Source of the DNA: a candidate division WOR-3 bacterium
Lineage (GTDB): Bacteria; Hydrothermota; Hydrothermia; UBA1063; CAJXJZ01
NCBI GenBank assembly: GCA_027038175.1
Contig: JALVYB010000098.1
Location: forward strand, 7,606-71,605
DNA length: 64,000 bases
Reading direction: 5' to 3'
Positions 8,550 to 17,664 of the stretch are shown piece by piece. The translations under genes were made by a program, and so were the position numbers. The notes beneath the pieces were generated by a model. It did not search any database. It was not told the DNA's origin and was given only the letters and a program-made list of their open reading frames with translations. The stretch's first letter is position 1. Each line of letters opens with the position of its first letter.

Positions 8550-10215
8550 ACTTACCTGCAAGTTCAAGTTCCTTTTTGAGTCTGAGTTTTATATCAGGGC
8601 TTTCTCCTATGTGAGAAAACACAATTCTTGCCTTTTTATCTAAAACAAAGTATGCAGGCACTCCTGAAACAGGGAAGTATTTTCTCAGTTTATTGCAGCT
8701 ATACGCATGAGTGAAGGAAAAAGGATTTGTTTTTAAAAATTTTTCCACCTCTTCCCTGGAGTTTGTGGAACATGCCAGAAGCCCTATATCATCCCTATTT
8801 TTAAGTTCCTCTGCCAGTTGATTTTCAAATGGTATTTCTTTTCTGCAATGTGGGCAATAGACTGACCAGAATTTGATAACCCATGTCTTGCCTTTGAGGT
8901 CCTCTACCTTCATTTTTCTACCATCAAGCATGGTAAACATAACCCTGTTATCTACAGGCGTGGGTTTTATAAGTTTAATGATAGAGTCCTCTATCTGATT
9001 TTCTTTAAGACCTGAAAGTACGTTGTACCCCACGGTATCGGATGGATTCAGCGTAAGGAGATGGAATGCCGTCCTTTTTGCTTCCTTTGAATTGTATTTG
9101 CCTTCTTTTTTGTATATATCTATAATCTGCCTGTCTTTTTCCTCTCTCAGGTAGTGTGGAAGTCCGTAGTTATCACACATGTTAAATTCATTTATGGCTT
9201 CATCGTATTTTTTCTGGTCTTTTAAAAAATACCCTCTGGCGAAGTGGTATGTAATAAGTTCGGATTTTGTCCACAGGTTTATAAGGTACGGGGGAGATGT
9301 GAAATCCTCCTCCAGATTCCTCCAGAAGATATTTATGGTGTCTTCTGGATCGATATATTTAAATAGTGTTGGAAAATAAAAGGACAATTGGAGTGTAAGA
9401 GAAGTTACAGGGAGAGCCCCCGCTTTTTCCAGAAATTTTTTAAAGTATGCTCTTTTTCTATTTCCTTTTATAGTGGTATCGGCTAATACAGGAATAAGTC
9501 TCTCAGCAAATGGGTCGTCTTTGTATTTTGAGATGAGGTCAACCAATTTTGCTGGTATGGTATCTTTCTTTATTTTGCCAGATGATATAAGGAAATAGTA
9601 TATTCTTGGGGCGTTTTTACCTTCTGGATAGGTTTTTAAGTACAGTATCAGTGATGAATCAAGCAAAGATGGATTTATAAGATTTCGGGAATTTAGCTCG
9701 TATAGTATCTTTACCATAAAGTATGCCTCATCATCAGTCATATTTTTGAAGTTTGAAATGTTTTTCATAGCGAAGTCGTAAAGCGAATCTGGAGGTAAGG
9801 AATCTAATTGATAGATAATATACCGGGCAATTGGTGAGTTACTGCTCTGAATTTTGCTTTTAAGATAATCGTCAAGAGTATAGAAATTTCTGTAATACTG
9901 TAAAGCTACCTGCAGGTATGCTTCTGGATTGGTCGTATCGACACCATAAAATTTCTCTACCATGCTCTCACCATTCCAGAGATAGCCTATGAAGCCATCA
10001 GCCTTTTCGGGCAGAGTAATCTTTTCTTCGGAGAGTATTGCAGGATGAGTGCTGTCTTCAAAAACTTCTTCTACAAATGCTGTATCACCGTTGAGATTTA
10101 TGGTAATGGTTTTGTCTTTCCCGAATAGGTATTTTTCTATCTTCTCTGTGTGACCATTTTTGCTGCATCCAGAGAAGAGTATTATTACACCCGTTATTAC
10201 AAGTAATTTTTTCAT
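8542..10215 (-). CDS. lipoprotein with C-terminal TlpA/ResA-like thioredoxin domain (CPHC active site)
   Basis: Start placed at 10215 (MKKLLVITGVIILFSGC lipobox), where an ATGA overlaps the cinA stop. The C-terminal ~130 aa (WVIKFWSVYCPHCRKE...GVPAYFVLD) form a thioredoxin-like fold. The N-terminal ~400 aa have no recognisable function. Confidence 0.65.
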   Translation of the reverse strand: MKKLLVITGVIILFSGCSKNGHTEKIEKYLFGKDKTITINLNGDTAFVEEVFEDSTHPAILSEEKITLPEKADGFIGYLWNGESMVEKFYGVDTTNPEAYLQVALQYYRNFYTLDDYLKSKIQSSNSPIARYIIYQLDSLPPDSLYDFAMKNISNFKNMTDDEAYFMVKILYELNSRNLINPSLLDSSLILYLKTYPEGKNAPRIYYFLISSGKIKKDTIPAKLVDLISKYKDDPFAERLIPVLADTTIKGNRKRAYFKKFLEKAGALPVTSLTLQLSFYFPTLFKYIDPEDTINIFWRNLEEDFTSPPYLINLWTKSELITYHFARGYFLKDQKKYDEAINEFNMCDNYGLPHYLREEKDRQIIDIYKKEGKYNSKEAKRTAFHLLTLNPSDTVGYNVLSGLKENQIEDSIIKLIKPTPVDNRVMFTMLDGRKMKVEDLKGKTWVIKFWSVYCPHCRKEIPFENQLAEELKNRDDIGLLACSTNSREEVEKFLKTNPFSFTHAYSCNKLRKYFPVSGVPAYFVLDKKARIVFSHIGESPDIKLRLKKELELAGKFN

Positions 10216-11414
10216 GTCAACATCCTCCTTGCAAGGTCTATAACCCATAATGCTGCCTGTTTTTTTATTTCCTCGCGCTTACCTTTAAAAATTTTTTTAA
10301 TAACCTTTTGCCTTTTACCATCGCTATAACCCATGTATACAAGGCCTACAGGTTTTTGAGGGGTGCCACCAGTAGGTCCAGCAATTCCCGTAGTTGAGAT
10401 ACCTATATCTGTTTTGATGTTTTTTCTTACTCCTTCTGCCATCTGGATGGCTATCTCACTTGATACTGCTCCAAATTTTTCAAGGTCTTCTCGATTACAG
10501 TCAAGCAGTCTAACTTTTACTTCGTTGGAATATGCGATTATACCTCCCATAAAATAAGCACTTGAGCCTGAGACACTTGTAATGAGATCCCCTACAAGTC
10601 CTCCTGTGCAAGATTCTGCTACAGAAATTGTGAGATTTTTTGATTTTAAAATCCTTCCCAGAACAGCAGGAAGTTCCTCATTATTGAGAGAGTATAAATC
10701 CGGGCCAATTTTTTGTAAAATAAGAGGCTCAATTTTCTCCTTAATCTCGTTATCAGGGTATCTTATTTTGAGTTTTACGCCATAGATAGATGGATAGTAT
10801 CCCACCTCTATATTATGAGAGTGTTCAATCTCTTCTACTATTTTCTGTAGGTCCACCTCTCTTGTACCAAAAGTCCTGTATATCTTCACTATACCTCTAC
10901 TTATTTTTTGTAGACCAATGAGAGAAAGACCATTCTGCAGAGTCGGCTCGAGTTCCCTTGGTGGGCCTGGCAAAAGCAGAATAAACTTCCCTTCCTCCTT
11001 GCAGAGAATACCCGGTGCAAGTCCTGTTGGATTTTCGACCGGTTTACAACCTTCCGGTATATATCCATATTTTTTATGAAGAGGATTATCAGGTATTTGC
11101 CAATCCTTCAATTTATTTTTTACGGTCTGTAGGAGTTCCTCTTTAAAGAGCAAATCTTTACCCAGAAAGGAGGATACAGCCTCTCTGGTGACATCATCCT
11201 GCGTGGGTCCAAGCCCTCCGGATACAAAAACAATGTCATAAAGTATGGCCTCTTTCAGTGCGTTTTTTATTTCATCTATATCATCCTTAACAGTTATCTC
11301 TTTCTGGATGTCTATGCCGTATTCTTTTGTAATGCTGGCAATAATTGCAAGGTCTTTATTTATTATGTCTCCACATAAAATCTCATTTCCAACGGTAATT
11401 ACAATGCCTTTCAT
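10212..11414 (-). CDS. cinA: competence/damage-inducible protein CinA (molybdopterin-binding domain + PncC nicotinamide-nucleotide amidase domain)
   Basis: 400 aa. N-terminal MKGIVITVGNEIL...VSGGLGPTQDDVT; C-terminal CinA/PncC domain (ESCTGGLVG). Confidence 0.85.
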   Translation of the reverse strand: MKGIVITVGNEILCGDIINKDLAIIASITKEYGIDIQKEITVKDDIDEIKNALKEAILYDIVFVSGGLGPTQDDVTREAVSSFLGKDLLFKEELLQTVKNKLKDWQIPDNPLHKKYGYIPEGCKPVENPTGLAPGILCKEEGKFILLLPGPPRELEPTLQNGLSLIGLQKISRGIVKIYRTFGTREVDLQKIVEEIEHSHNIEVGYYPSIYGVKLKIRYPDNEIKEKIEPLILQKIGPDLYSLNNEELPAVLGRILKSKNLTISVAESCTGGLVGDLITSVSGSSAYFMGGIIAYSNEVKVRLLDCNREDLEKFGAVSSEIAIQMAEGVRKNIKTDIGISTTGIAGPTGGTPQKPVGLVYMGYSDGKRQKVIKKIFKGKREEIKKQAALWVIDLARRMLT

Positions 11415-11459
11415 AGTATTTCAATTATACACCAACAATACGGGTTTTTAAAGCAGGAC

Positions 11460-11488
11460 TTGACATTACGGCATCGTAAATATACATT
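11460..11488 (+). promoter_or_regulatory. upstream promoter P1 (TTGACA-17-TACATT)
   Basis: TTGACA at 11460-11465, a 17-nt spacer, TACATT at 11483-11488. Confidence 0.3.
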
Positions 11489-11503
11489 TAACTAAAATAG
11501 TAC

Positions 11504-11540
11504 TTGACAATTCAGAGAAGGAGTATTATAATTATTACAA
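11504..11540 (+). promoter_or_regulatory. consensus sigma-70 promoter P2 (TTGACA-17-TATAAT) overlapped by a PerR/Fur-type 7-1-7 inverted repeat
   Basis: TTGACA at 11504-11509, an exactly 17-nt spacer, TATAAT at 11527-11532. TTATAATtATTAcAA at 11526-11540 matches the PerR box TTATAATnATTATAA at 14 of 15 positions. It lies upstream of the peroxiredoxin and the oxidative-stress genes. Confidence 0.5.
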
Positions 11541-11569
11541 ATCAAAAATTTTTAAAAAGGAGGTTGAAA

Positions 11570-12226
11570 ATGGAAGAAAGGATACCGGTGCTGGGAGAGA
11601 AATTCCCTGAGATGGAAGTAAATACCACCCATGGTAAGATGAAACTGCCTGATGCCTTTAAAGGCAAATGGTTTGTGCTCTTCAGCCATCCAGCAGATTT
11701 CACACCTGTTTGTACCACAGAGTTCTATGCTATGCAGATAAGGTTAAATAAGTTCAAAGAACTTGGAGCGGAAGTTATAGGGCTCAGTGTTGACCAGGTG
11801 TTCTCTCATCTCAAATGGATGGAGTGGATTAAAGACAATCTCAATGTTGAGATAGAATTCCCAATTATTGCAGATGACACGGGAGCTGTGGCAAAGAGAC
11901 TTGGTATGATACCAGAAGGTGCCACAGCCACGGCAAGGGCAGTATTTATTGTTGACCCAAAAGGAAAAATAAGGGCTATTATCTACTACCCGCCTGAGGT
12001 TGGAAGAGACTGGGATGAGGTCTTGAGGGCTCTAAAAGCGCTCCAGACTTCTGACAAGCATAAGGTTGCACTTCCACACAAATGGCCTGATAATGAACTT
12101 ATTAAGGATAGAGTGATTGTTCCACCAGCGGGAACAGTTGAAGCAATTAAGGAAAGAGAAGAAGCCAAGAAGAAGGGTGAAATTGAGTGCTACGATTGGT
12201 GGTTGTGCCATAAGGAACTTAAGTAA
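11570..12226 (+). CDS. peroxiredoxin (Prx6-like 2-Cys type with C-terminal Cys pair)
   Basis: Start re-placed at [15 protein letters not shown] after an AAAGGAGG RBS. Carries the peroxidatic FTPVCTTEF motif and a C-terminal ...ECYDWWLCH Cys pair, as in archaeal/thermophile-type Prx. Confidence 0.85.
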   Translation: MEERIPVLGEKFPEMEVNTTHGKMKLPDAFKGKWFVLFSHPADFTPVCTTEFYAMQIRLNKFKELGAEVIGLSVDQVFSHLKWMEWIKDNLNVEIEFPIIADDTGAVAKRLGMIPEGATATARAVFIVDPKGKIRAIIYYPPEVGRDWDEVLRALKALQTSDKHKVALPHKWPDNELIKDRVIVPPAGTVEAIKEREEAKKKGEIECYDWWLCHKELK

Positions 12227-12230
12227 TATA

Positions 12231-12259
12231 AAAGGCGGGCAGTGTCCCGCCTTTTTATT
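12231..12259 (+). terminator. rho-independent terminator after the peroxiredoxin gene
   Basis: Stem GGCGGG / CCCGCC with a CAGTGT loop, followed by TTTTTATTT. Confidence 0.65.
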
Positions 12260-12288
12260 TGTGTAAATTTAAAAAAGGAGGTTGAACA

Positions 12289-12657
12289 ATGTTGAAGGAT
12301 ACAATACAGACTGGAGACTGGAAGGGAGAAAAACACGTGCCTGTAATAGATGCACCTGATAAAGTGAAGGAAGGTGAGGTTGTCAAAATAGAGGTAAGTG
12401 TAGGCAAAGAAATTCCCCATCCAAATACGATGGAACACCATATTTCCTGGATAGAGCTTTACTTCCAGCCGGAAGGTGGAAAATTCCCGATTATGATAGG
12501 GCGTTACGGATTTATGTCACATGGTGAGTCTGAGACCTTCTCAGAACCCCATGTGGTCTCGTTTATCAAATTCTCAACATCAGGTACTCTCCATGCTCTC
12601 TCCTATTGTAATATTCACGGACTCTGGAGCTCTGAAAAGAAAATAGAGGTTGAATAG
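12289..12657 (+). CDS. sor: superoxide reductase (neelaredoxin/1Fe-SOR type)
   Basis: 122 aa containing GEKHVPVI, HPNTMEHHISWIEL and a C-terminal ...YCNIHGLW with Cys/His Fe ligands. No N-terminal desulforedoxin domain. Confidence 0.8.
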   Translation: MLKDTIQTGDWKGEKHVPVIDAPDKVKEGEVVKIEVSVGKEIPHPNTMEHHISWIELYFQPEGGKFPIMIGRYGFMSHGESETFSEPHVVSFIKFSTSGTLHALSYCNIHGLWSSEKKIEVE

Positions 12658-12667
12658 TAAATATTTT

Positions 12668-12690
12668 GGGGGCTTTTGCCCCCTGTTTTA
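12668..12690 (+). terminator. putative terminator after sor
   Basis: GGGGGC TTTT GCCCCC hairpin followed by TGTTTTATT. Confidence 0.5.
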
Positions 12691-12709
12691 TTAAGAGGAG
12701 GTATTTATT

Positions 12710-13198
12710 ATGGACCTTTCAGAATTTACCCTGAAAGATTTACTCAGAATTGCCATGAGTTCTGAGGTAGAGAGCAGGAAGGTGTACCTTTCTCTCAAGG
12801 AAAGAGTGGATAACCTGCTTTTGAAAGATAGATTCCAGTTTCTTGCTGATGAGGAAGAGAAGCATAGAAAATATATTGAAAGGATTTTTAATAAGAAATT
12901 CCCGAAAGAGGAGCCAGAACTCTCTCCTGGAATTACCACACCATTACCTGAGATTAAAGCAGATGATAATATGCCTATAAGCGAGATCCTTCAGAGTGCA
13001 ATGGATGCAGAAATGGCAGCAAGAGAGTTTTATCTACAGCTCTCAGAGAAATTTGAGGATGAAGAAATAAACAAGATGCTGAAAATATTTGCGGATATGG
13101 AACTCGGTCATTACAGGCTGCTCGAAGTTGAAAAGAACCTCGCGGAAAAGTTTGAGGATTACGAGTCCATGTGGCCTGAGTTTCATGTGGGACCATAA
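12710..13198 (+). CDS. rubrerythrin-like ferritin-fold diiron protein (no rubredoxin domain, no Cys)
   Basis: 162 aa with two E...ExxH half-sites (EVESRK...EEEKH and DAEMAARE...ELGH) typical of a four-helix diiron carboxylate bundle. Lacks the C-terminal CxxC...CxxC of true rubrerythrin. Confidence 0.65.
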   Translation: MDLSEFTLKDLLRIAMSSEVESRKVYLSLKERVDNLLLKDRFQFLADEEEKHRKYIERIFNKKFPKEEPELSPGITTPLPEIKADDNMPISEILQSAMDAEMAAREFYLQLSEKFEDEEINKMLKIFADMELGHYRLLEVEKNLAEKFEDYESMWPEFHVGP

Positions 13199-13210
13199 AG
13201 GGAGGGGATT

Positions 13211-13900
13211 ATGAATAAGAAGGCTCTCCATAAAATAAGTTATGGGCTTTACATAGTATCTTCAGAAAAGGATAGAAAATATAACGGTCAGATAGCAAAC
13301 ACAGTCTTTCAAATAACATCAGACCCTGTTATGATTGCAGTCTCTTTAAATAAACAGAATTTAACACATGAATACGTAACGCATTCTGGCAAATTCTCTG
13401 TTTCGGTTCTTGCACAGAATACACCGCTCAAGTTTATCGGGAAATTTGGTTTCAAATCCGGGCGGGATATAGATAAGTTTGATGGTGTGAATTACAGAAA
13501 TGGTGTGACCGGAGTTCCTATTGTACTGGATTACGCTGTAGCCTATCTTGAAGCAGAGGTTGTTTCATCCATAGATGTGGAAACCCACACAGTTTTCATA
13601 GGTAAGGTTGTAGATGCAGATATACTTCTTGAGGAACCTCCCATGACGTATGATTATTATCACAAGGTTAAGAGAGGGACGGCTCCAAAGACAGCGCCTA
13701 CCTATATTGAAGAAGTAAAGAAAGATGAGAAAAAGACATATAAAAAATACAGATGTAAAATCTGTGGTTATGTCTATGACCCTGAACTGGGGGACGCTTC
13801 ACAGAATATTAAGGCTGGAACACCATTTGAAAAGCTTCCCGATGACTGGACCTGTCCTGTCTGTGGGGCATCTAAAGACGATTTTATAGAGATAGATTAA
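13211..13900 (+). CDS. flavin-reductase-like domain fused to rubredoxin (high-molecular-weight rubredoxin type)
   Basis: 229 aa. The N-terminal ~160 aa form a flavin reductase (FMN-binding split barrel). The C-terminal end carries CKICGY...CPVCG, a rubredoxin CxxCG/CPxCG pair. Confidence 0.8.
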   Translation: MNKKALHKISYGLYIVSSEKDRKYNGQIANTVFQITSDPVMIAVSLNKQNLTHEYVTHSGKFSVSVLAQNTPLKFIGKFGFKSGRDIDKFDGVNYRNGVTGVPIVLDYAVAYLEAEVVSSIDVETHTVFIGKVVDADILLEEPPMTYDYYHKVKRGTAPKTAPTYIEEVKKDEKKTYKKYRCKICGYVYDPELGDASQNIKAGTPFEKLPDDWTCPVCGASKDDFIEID

Positions 13901-13916
13901 AAACTGGAGGATTGAA

Positions 13917-14078
13917 ATGAAGAAGTATAGATGTACTGTGTGCGGGTATATATACGACCCTGAGGAAGGGGATCAGGAAAACGGAATTGAACCTGGCACA
14001 CCATTTGAGAAACTCCCTGATGACTGGACCTGTCCTCTCTGTGGAGCGGATAAATCCCAGTTTGAGGAAATAGATTAG
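13917..14078 (+). CDS. rub: rubredoxin (53 aa; not in the supplied ORF track)
   Basis: Hand-translated as [53 protein letters not shown]. Classic CxxCG...CPxCG. A GGAGG RBS lies 8 nt upstream. Confidence 0.85.
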   Translation: MKKYRCTVCGYIYDPEEGDQENGIEPGTPFEKLPDDWTCPLCGADKSQFEEID

Positions 14079-14084
14079 AACAGA

Positions 14085-14112
14085 AAGGGGCGTATATCAC
14101 GCCCCTTTTATA
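14085..14112. terminator. bidirectional terminator between rubredoxin (+) and the EPS operon end (-)
   Basis: GGGGCGT-ATATC-ACGCCCC hairpin with AAA and TTTT flanks on both sides. Confidence 0.6.
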
Positions 14113-15293
14113 ATTTCAACGTATTTTTTCTGATACTCTGACCATGTGAACTTTTTTATACTCATTTGCACCGTCTCTGACATATGCTTTAAAAGTTTCC
14201 TGTCTCTTCGCAGTATTTCAATATAATGTATGGTATTGTCCACATCTTCGGGGCTGATTATAAAACCTGTTTTTCCATGTTTAATTATGTCGGGAGCAAT
14301 GGAATTAACGCTCGCAATTGGCACAAGACCATAATTCATTGCTTCCAGCAATGCAAGTCCGGAGGCATCATAGAGAGTGGGGAAGTAAAAAATATCCATT
14401 GTTGAGTAGTATTCAGAAAGGGTTTTATGGGAGACAAAACCATGGAAAAACACGTTGCCTGGTAGGTTTTTGAGAATCTTTCTGCTCACAGGATGACCAA
14501 ATACATGAAAATCCGCTATTTTCTCGGTGAGTTTTGCAACATGCTTTAATATATGAAATCCTTTTGAAGGAGACACGAGTCCTGTAAACGCAATCTGGAG
14601 TTTTGCTCTATCAAAGTTAAGTTTTCTGTCAGTTTTTTTGAGCGGATTAAATCCATAAAAGTTCATTATGATTTTCTTCTCGTCAACTCCATGTTTTGTG
14701 AGAGTTTTTTTAACAAAGGTGGAAGGTGCTATAATAATATCTGCGAATTTAAATTCATCTGAGTATTTTTTTATCATGGTATTCGTGTAATTAAGAGGCA
14801 TCTCATTTATGTATAGGGGATATTTTTCATAGAGTTCATTTATCCACCCTGGATGAGGCTGAGCAGCCTCAAGGATAAGTTTTATGTTAAGGTCTGTTTT
14901 TTCTTTAACCCATTCGTATAAAAAAAACGCATTTGTGTGAAAGGTTATTATATGGGATATCCCCGGGGTTATATGGTTAAGCAAACTTTTCTGAAATTTA
15001 AGTTGTTTTTTAAAGAGTAGTCTGTTTCTTTCTCTATAAAAAAGTCCCCATCTGCCCCATAGTGAGAATAAGAATTCTTCAAAGCGGTTAAGGCAAGTAA
15101 CTCTTTTTGAAGATACTTTGCTACTAAAACGGGATTTTCTAAGATAGTTTTTGAAAAAATTAAAGAGGATATGCTGATTATTGCATTTAAAATACATGCC
15201 TGTGTAAAATCTGTATGGGATTCGGTATTCCTCCAGTCCCTCTAACACTTTATATATGTGTTGCCTTGATGGGTGATATACAAGCACATTCAT
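14097..15293 (-). CDS. glycosyltransferase family 4
   Basis: 398 aa. The C-terminal GT4 signature (SPSKGFHIL...EASGLALLEAMNYGLVPIAS...GKTGFI) is present. Confidence 0.75.
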   Translation of the reverse strand: MNVLVYHPSRQHIYKVLEGLEEYRIPYRFYTGMYFKCNNQHILFNFFKNYLRKSRFSSKVSSKRVTCLNRFEEFLFSLWGRWGLFYRERNRLLFKKQLKFQKSLLNHITPGISHIITFHTNAFFLYEWVKEKTDLNIKLILEAAQPHPGWINELYEKYPLYINEMPLNYTNTMIKKYSDEFKFADIIIAPSTFVKKTLTKHGVDEKKIIMNFYGFNPLKKTDRKLNFDRAKLQIAFTGLVSPSKGFHILKHVAKLTEKIADFHVFGHPVSRKILKNLPGNVFFHGFVSHKTLSEYYSTMDIFYFPTLYDASGLALLEAMNYGLVPIASVNSIAPDIIKHGKTGFIISPEDVDNTIHYIEILRRDRKLLKHMSETVQMSIKKFTWSEYQKKYVEIIKGA

Positions 15294-16381
15294 GATTGCA
15301 TAATACTATAAAGGTTCTCTGCGTTCTTTTCCCACGTGAATTTTTTTATTCGTTCTCTGCCTTTCTGTATAAGACGGTTCCTGAGCGCATCATCATGCAA
15401 AACAAGAAGTAGTTTCTCTGCTATGTCCTCTGGATTTAAAGGGTCGATGTATAATGCTGCATCATGACAGATCTCAGGTAGAGAACTTGCCCTTGAAGAT
15501 ACCACCGGTGTTCCAAAATACATGGCCTCAAAAGGAGTGAGGGGAAAGGCTTCAAGCAAAGTTGTGGTAACGTATAATTCAGAGTTTTTATACAGTTTTG
15601 GCAATTTTTTATGCTCTACACCTCCAAGAAAATAAATGTTTTTCCATACCTCTTTATCCCTGTACGGAGCGGTTATTTCATCAAAATATTGCTCATCCAT
15701 TATTTTGCCCGCAATCACAAGATTGACATCAGGTCGTTTTTTGTACACTATCTCAAAAGCCTCTAAAAGAGCAGGGTAGTTTTTGTGATAGGTAATGTTA
15801 GATACGGCAAGAATGTAAGGTTTATACCTTGCAACCTCTATATCTTCCTCTTTTTCCTCAATGTTAACACCACTATAAAGCACATACACATTTTTCCTGC
15901 CGCCTTTCATGGCTCTTTGTTTTAAGTCTTTTGATATGAAAACCACTTTGTCTGCTCTCAACATGGACATACGAGCAATAAACCTCTGGAAAAAACGCTT
16001 TATAGCATAGGGAATACTTTTTCTTCCTCTGACCTTAAAGAAAAGGTTTGGATTTTGAAATACAAGGACCTGTTTCTTTAAAGTTAAGAAACAGGCCACA
16101 TTACCCGGCATGTATACAACATCAGCCCTGTAGTAGGAAGATAAGAGAGGACACAGTATCTGTTCCGCTATAAATCTGAGGTAATATGGTAAATAGGGAG
16201 TTTTGATGTATTTGATTCTTTTATTCCCGAGAAAGTCTTTGAAATCTTTGTGATTTTTTGGGTTTGTCCAGAGGATTATTTTCACGTCCTTTTTAGTCTC
16301 TTCAAGAGCCTTCAACTGATTTTTCAGGTACTCAAGACCACCGCCAAAATATGCACTTTGAGCATTCACAAAAACAATCAT
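15290..16381 (-). CDS. glycosyltransferase family 4
   Basis: 363 aa containing EAFPLTPFEAMYFGTPVVSS...ALYIDP. 4-bp overlaps with both neighbours. Confidence 0.8.
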   Translation of the reverse strand: MIVFVNAQSAYFGGGLEYLKNQLKALEETKKDVKIILWTNPKNHKDFKDFLGNKRIKYIKTPYLPYYLRFIAEQILCPLLSSYYRADVVYMPGNVACFLTLKKQVLVFQNPNLFFKVRGRKSIPYAIKRFFQRFIARMSMLRADKVVFISKDLKQRAMKGGRKNVYVLYSGVNIEEKEEDIEVARYKPYILAVSNITYHKNYPALLEAFEIVYKKRPDVNLVIAGKIMDEQYFDEITAPYRDKEVWKNIYFLGGVEHKKLPKLYKNSELYVTTTLLEAFPLTPFEAMYFGTPVVSSRASSLPEICHDAALYIDPLNPEDIAEKLLLVLHDDALRNRLIQKGRERIKKFTWEKNAENLYSIMQS

Positions 16382-17664
16382 GCTCTACTCCCATTGAGAT
16401 AAAGTTTATCTGATACGTAAAGGCTCATAATAGGTAGTACAAGATATAAAAACTGAACGAAAACCTGTGGAAAATAACCGCGTGAGATTATCTGAAAAAT
16501 AAAGAAATAGAATATGGAATAACTCATGAGTACGAGGATATTTTTGTCATTTTTTCTGTAAATATTGTAGATAACAGCAAAGAAAAGACCGAGTAAAAAC
16601 ATAAACACAACAACCCCGGGTATTCCGAAGTTTGCATAATACTCTCCTATATTTGGAACAGCGTATCCGAAGTACCTGCCACCAGTGATTTTCCAGAGAA
16701 CCTTAAGATATTGAGGATAGGGTTTTTGGTGCCACAAAAGTCTTGGAATGGGAAGAATAAAGACATACCAGAAACTTTCTCCTAAAAAGTAGGGATGAAA
16801 CCTGGGTATGTAGTATACGAAGGAGGCAGTAGGCTCGAACAGGGACACTGACGATACCAAGAAGGCAAGAATAAAGTCACTGTTAAAAGAAATATTTTTC
16901 AGGGAAGGCGCTCCTCTTAGATAGGCTATTAAAGCGAACAATATGAGGAAAGTAAGTAGTGATAGAAAAATGTAAGTCTTCTTAACTTTGATGTTTCTCC
17001 GTTTAATATAGTAAAATAGCAAACTGCCTCCTGCAATAAGAACTATATATCGTACTCCCCTTGTAAGGAAAAGTATAAAATTAACGAAAACAAGGAACAT
17101 AGCAGTTGTACGATATACTTTGCGTATTGCAAGTTCAGTTAACATTAAAGTGGCTGGGACTAAAAAGAGAATGCTAAGCGCAAGATACCCCGAAGCCTTT
17201 TTTGATGTTTCACCCAGTTTAAGATAATAGTTGCTGAGTTTTAGAGGATTTATCACAAACAAAGATACACCAAGTTGTCTTGTCCAGATAAAGTAGCCAA
17301 AAACTCCAATAAATTCCCATAAAAATGCGTTTATTAATAGTACTTTTAGGTGTGGTGCATTGGAGATTTTGTTTGACAACCCTTCTTTTCTCATGGTAAG
17401 CGTGTAACCTGTAATAAGGGAAACGACTCCGAGCAAGAATATAAACTCTGTCGTGAAATAGTAATTGTAAATATTGTGCACTGGAATCTGATGGATTTTC
17501 CATATTATATTTAGAGCAGGGCTTATTATAAAATACGTGAAGTATAGAAGGAAAGTAAAAACAATTGGTGATTCAATGCGTGGTCTTTTCTTTAAAATAT
17601 AGAATAACATTAAAATAGATGAAAATGCTGCTATAATCCAGAATAATCCGATGTTTTGGTACAT
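16378..17664 (-). CDS. polytopic membrane protein, O-antigen/EPS polymerase (Wzy-like)
   Basis: 428 aa with about 10-12 predicted TM helices. Sits between a GT4 gene and a Wzx gene in a polysaccharide operon. Confidence 0.5.
   Translation of the reverse strand: MYQNIGLFWIIAAFSSILMLFYILKKRPRIESPIVFTFLLYFTYFIISPALNIIWKIHQIPVHNIYNYYFTTEFIFLLGVVSLITGYTLTMRKEGLSNKISNAPHLKVLLINAFLWEFIGVFGYFIWTRQLGVSLFVINPLKLSNYYLKLGETSKKASGYLALSILFLVPATLMLTELAIRKVYRTTAMFLVFVNFILFLTRGVRYIVLIAGGSLLFYYIKRRNIKVKKTYIFLSLLTFLILFALIAYLRGAPSLKNISFNSDFILAFLVSSVSLFEPTASFVYYIPRFHPYFLGESFWYVFILPIPRLLWHQKPYPQYLKVLWKITGGRYFGYAVPNIGEYYANFGIPGVVVFMFLLGLFFAVIYNIYRKNDKNILVLMSYSIFYFFIFQIISRGYFPQVFVQFLYLVLPIMSLYVSDKLYLNGSRA

Noticed and set aside
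10212-10248. 37-nt overlap between cinA and the thioredoxin-like lipoprotein ORF
   Set aside because: It is an artefact of the ORF-track start. Choosing the internal MKKLL start at 10215 gives a lipobox signal peptide and a clean ATGA overlap with the cinA stop.
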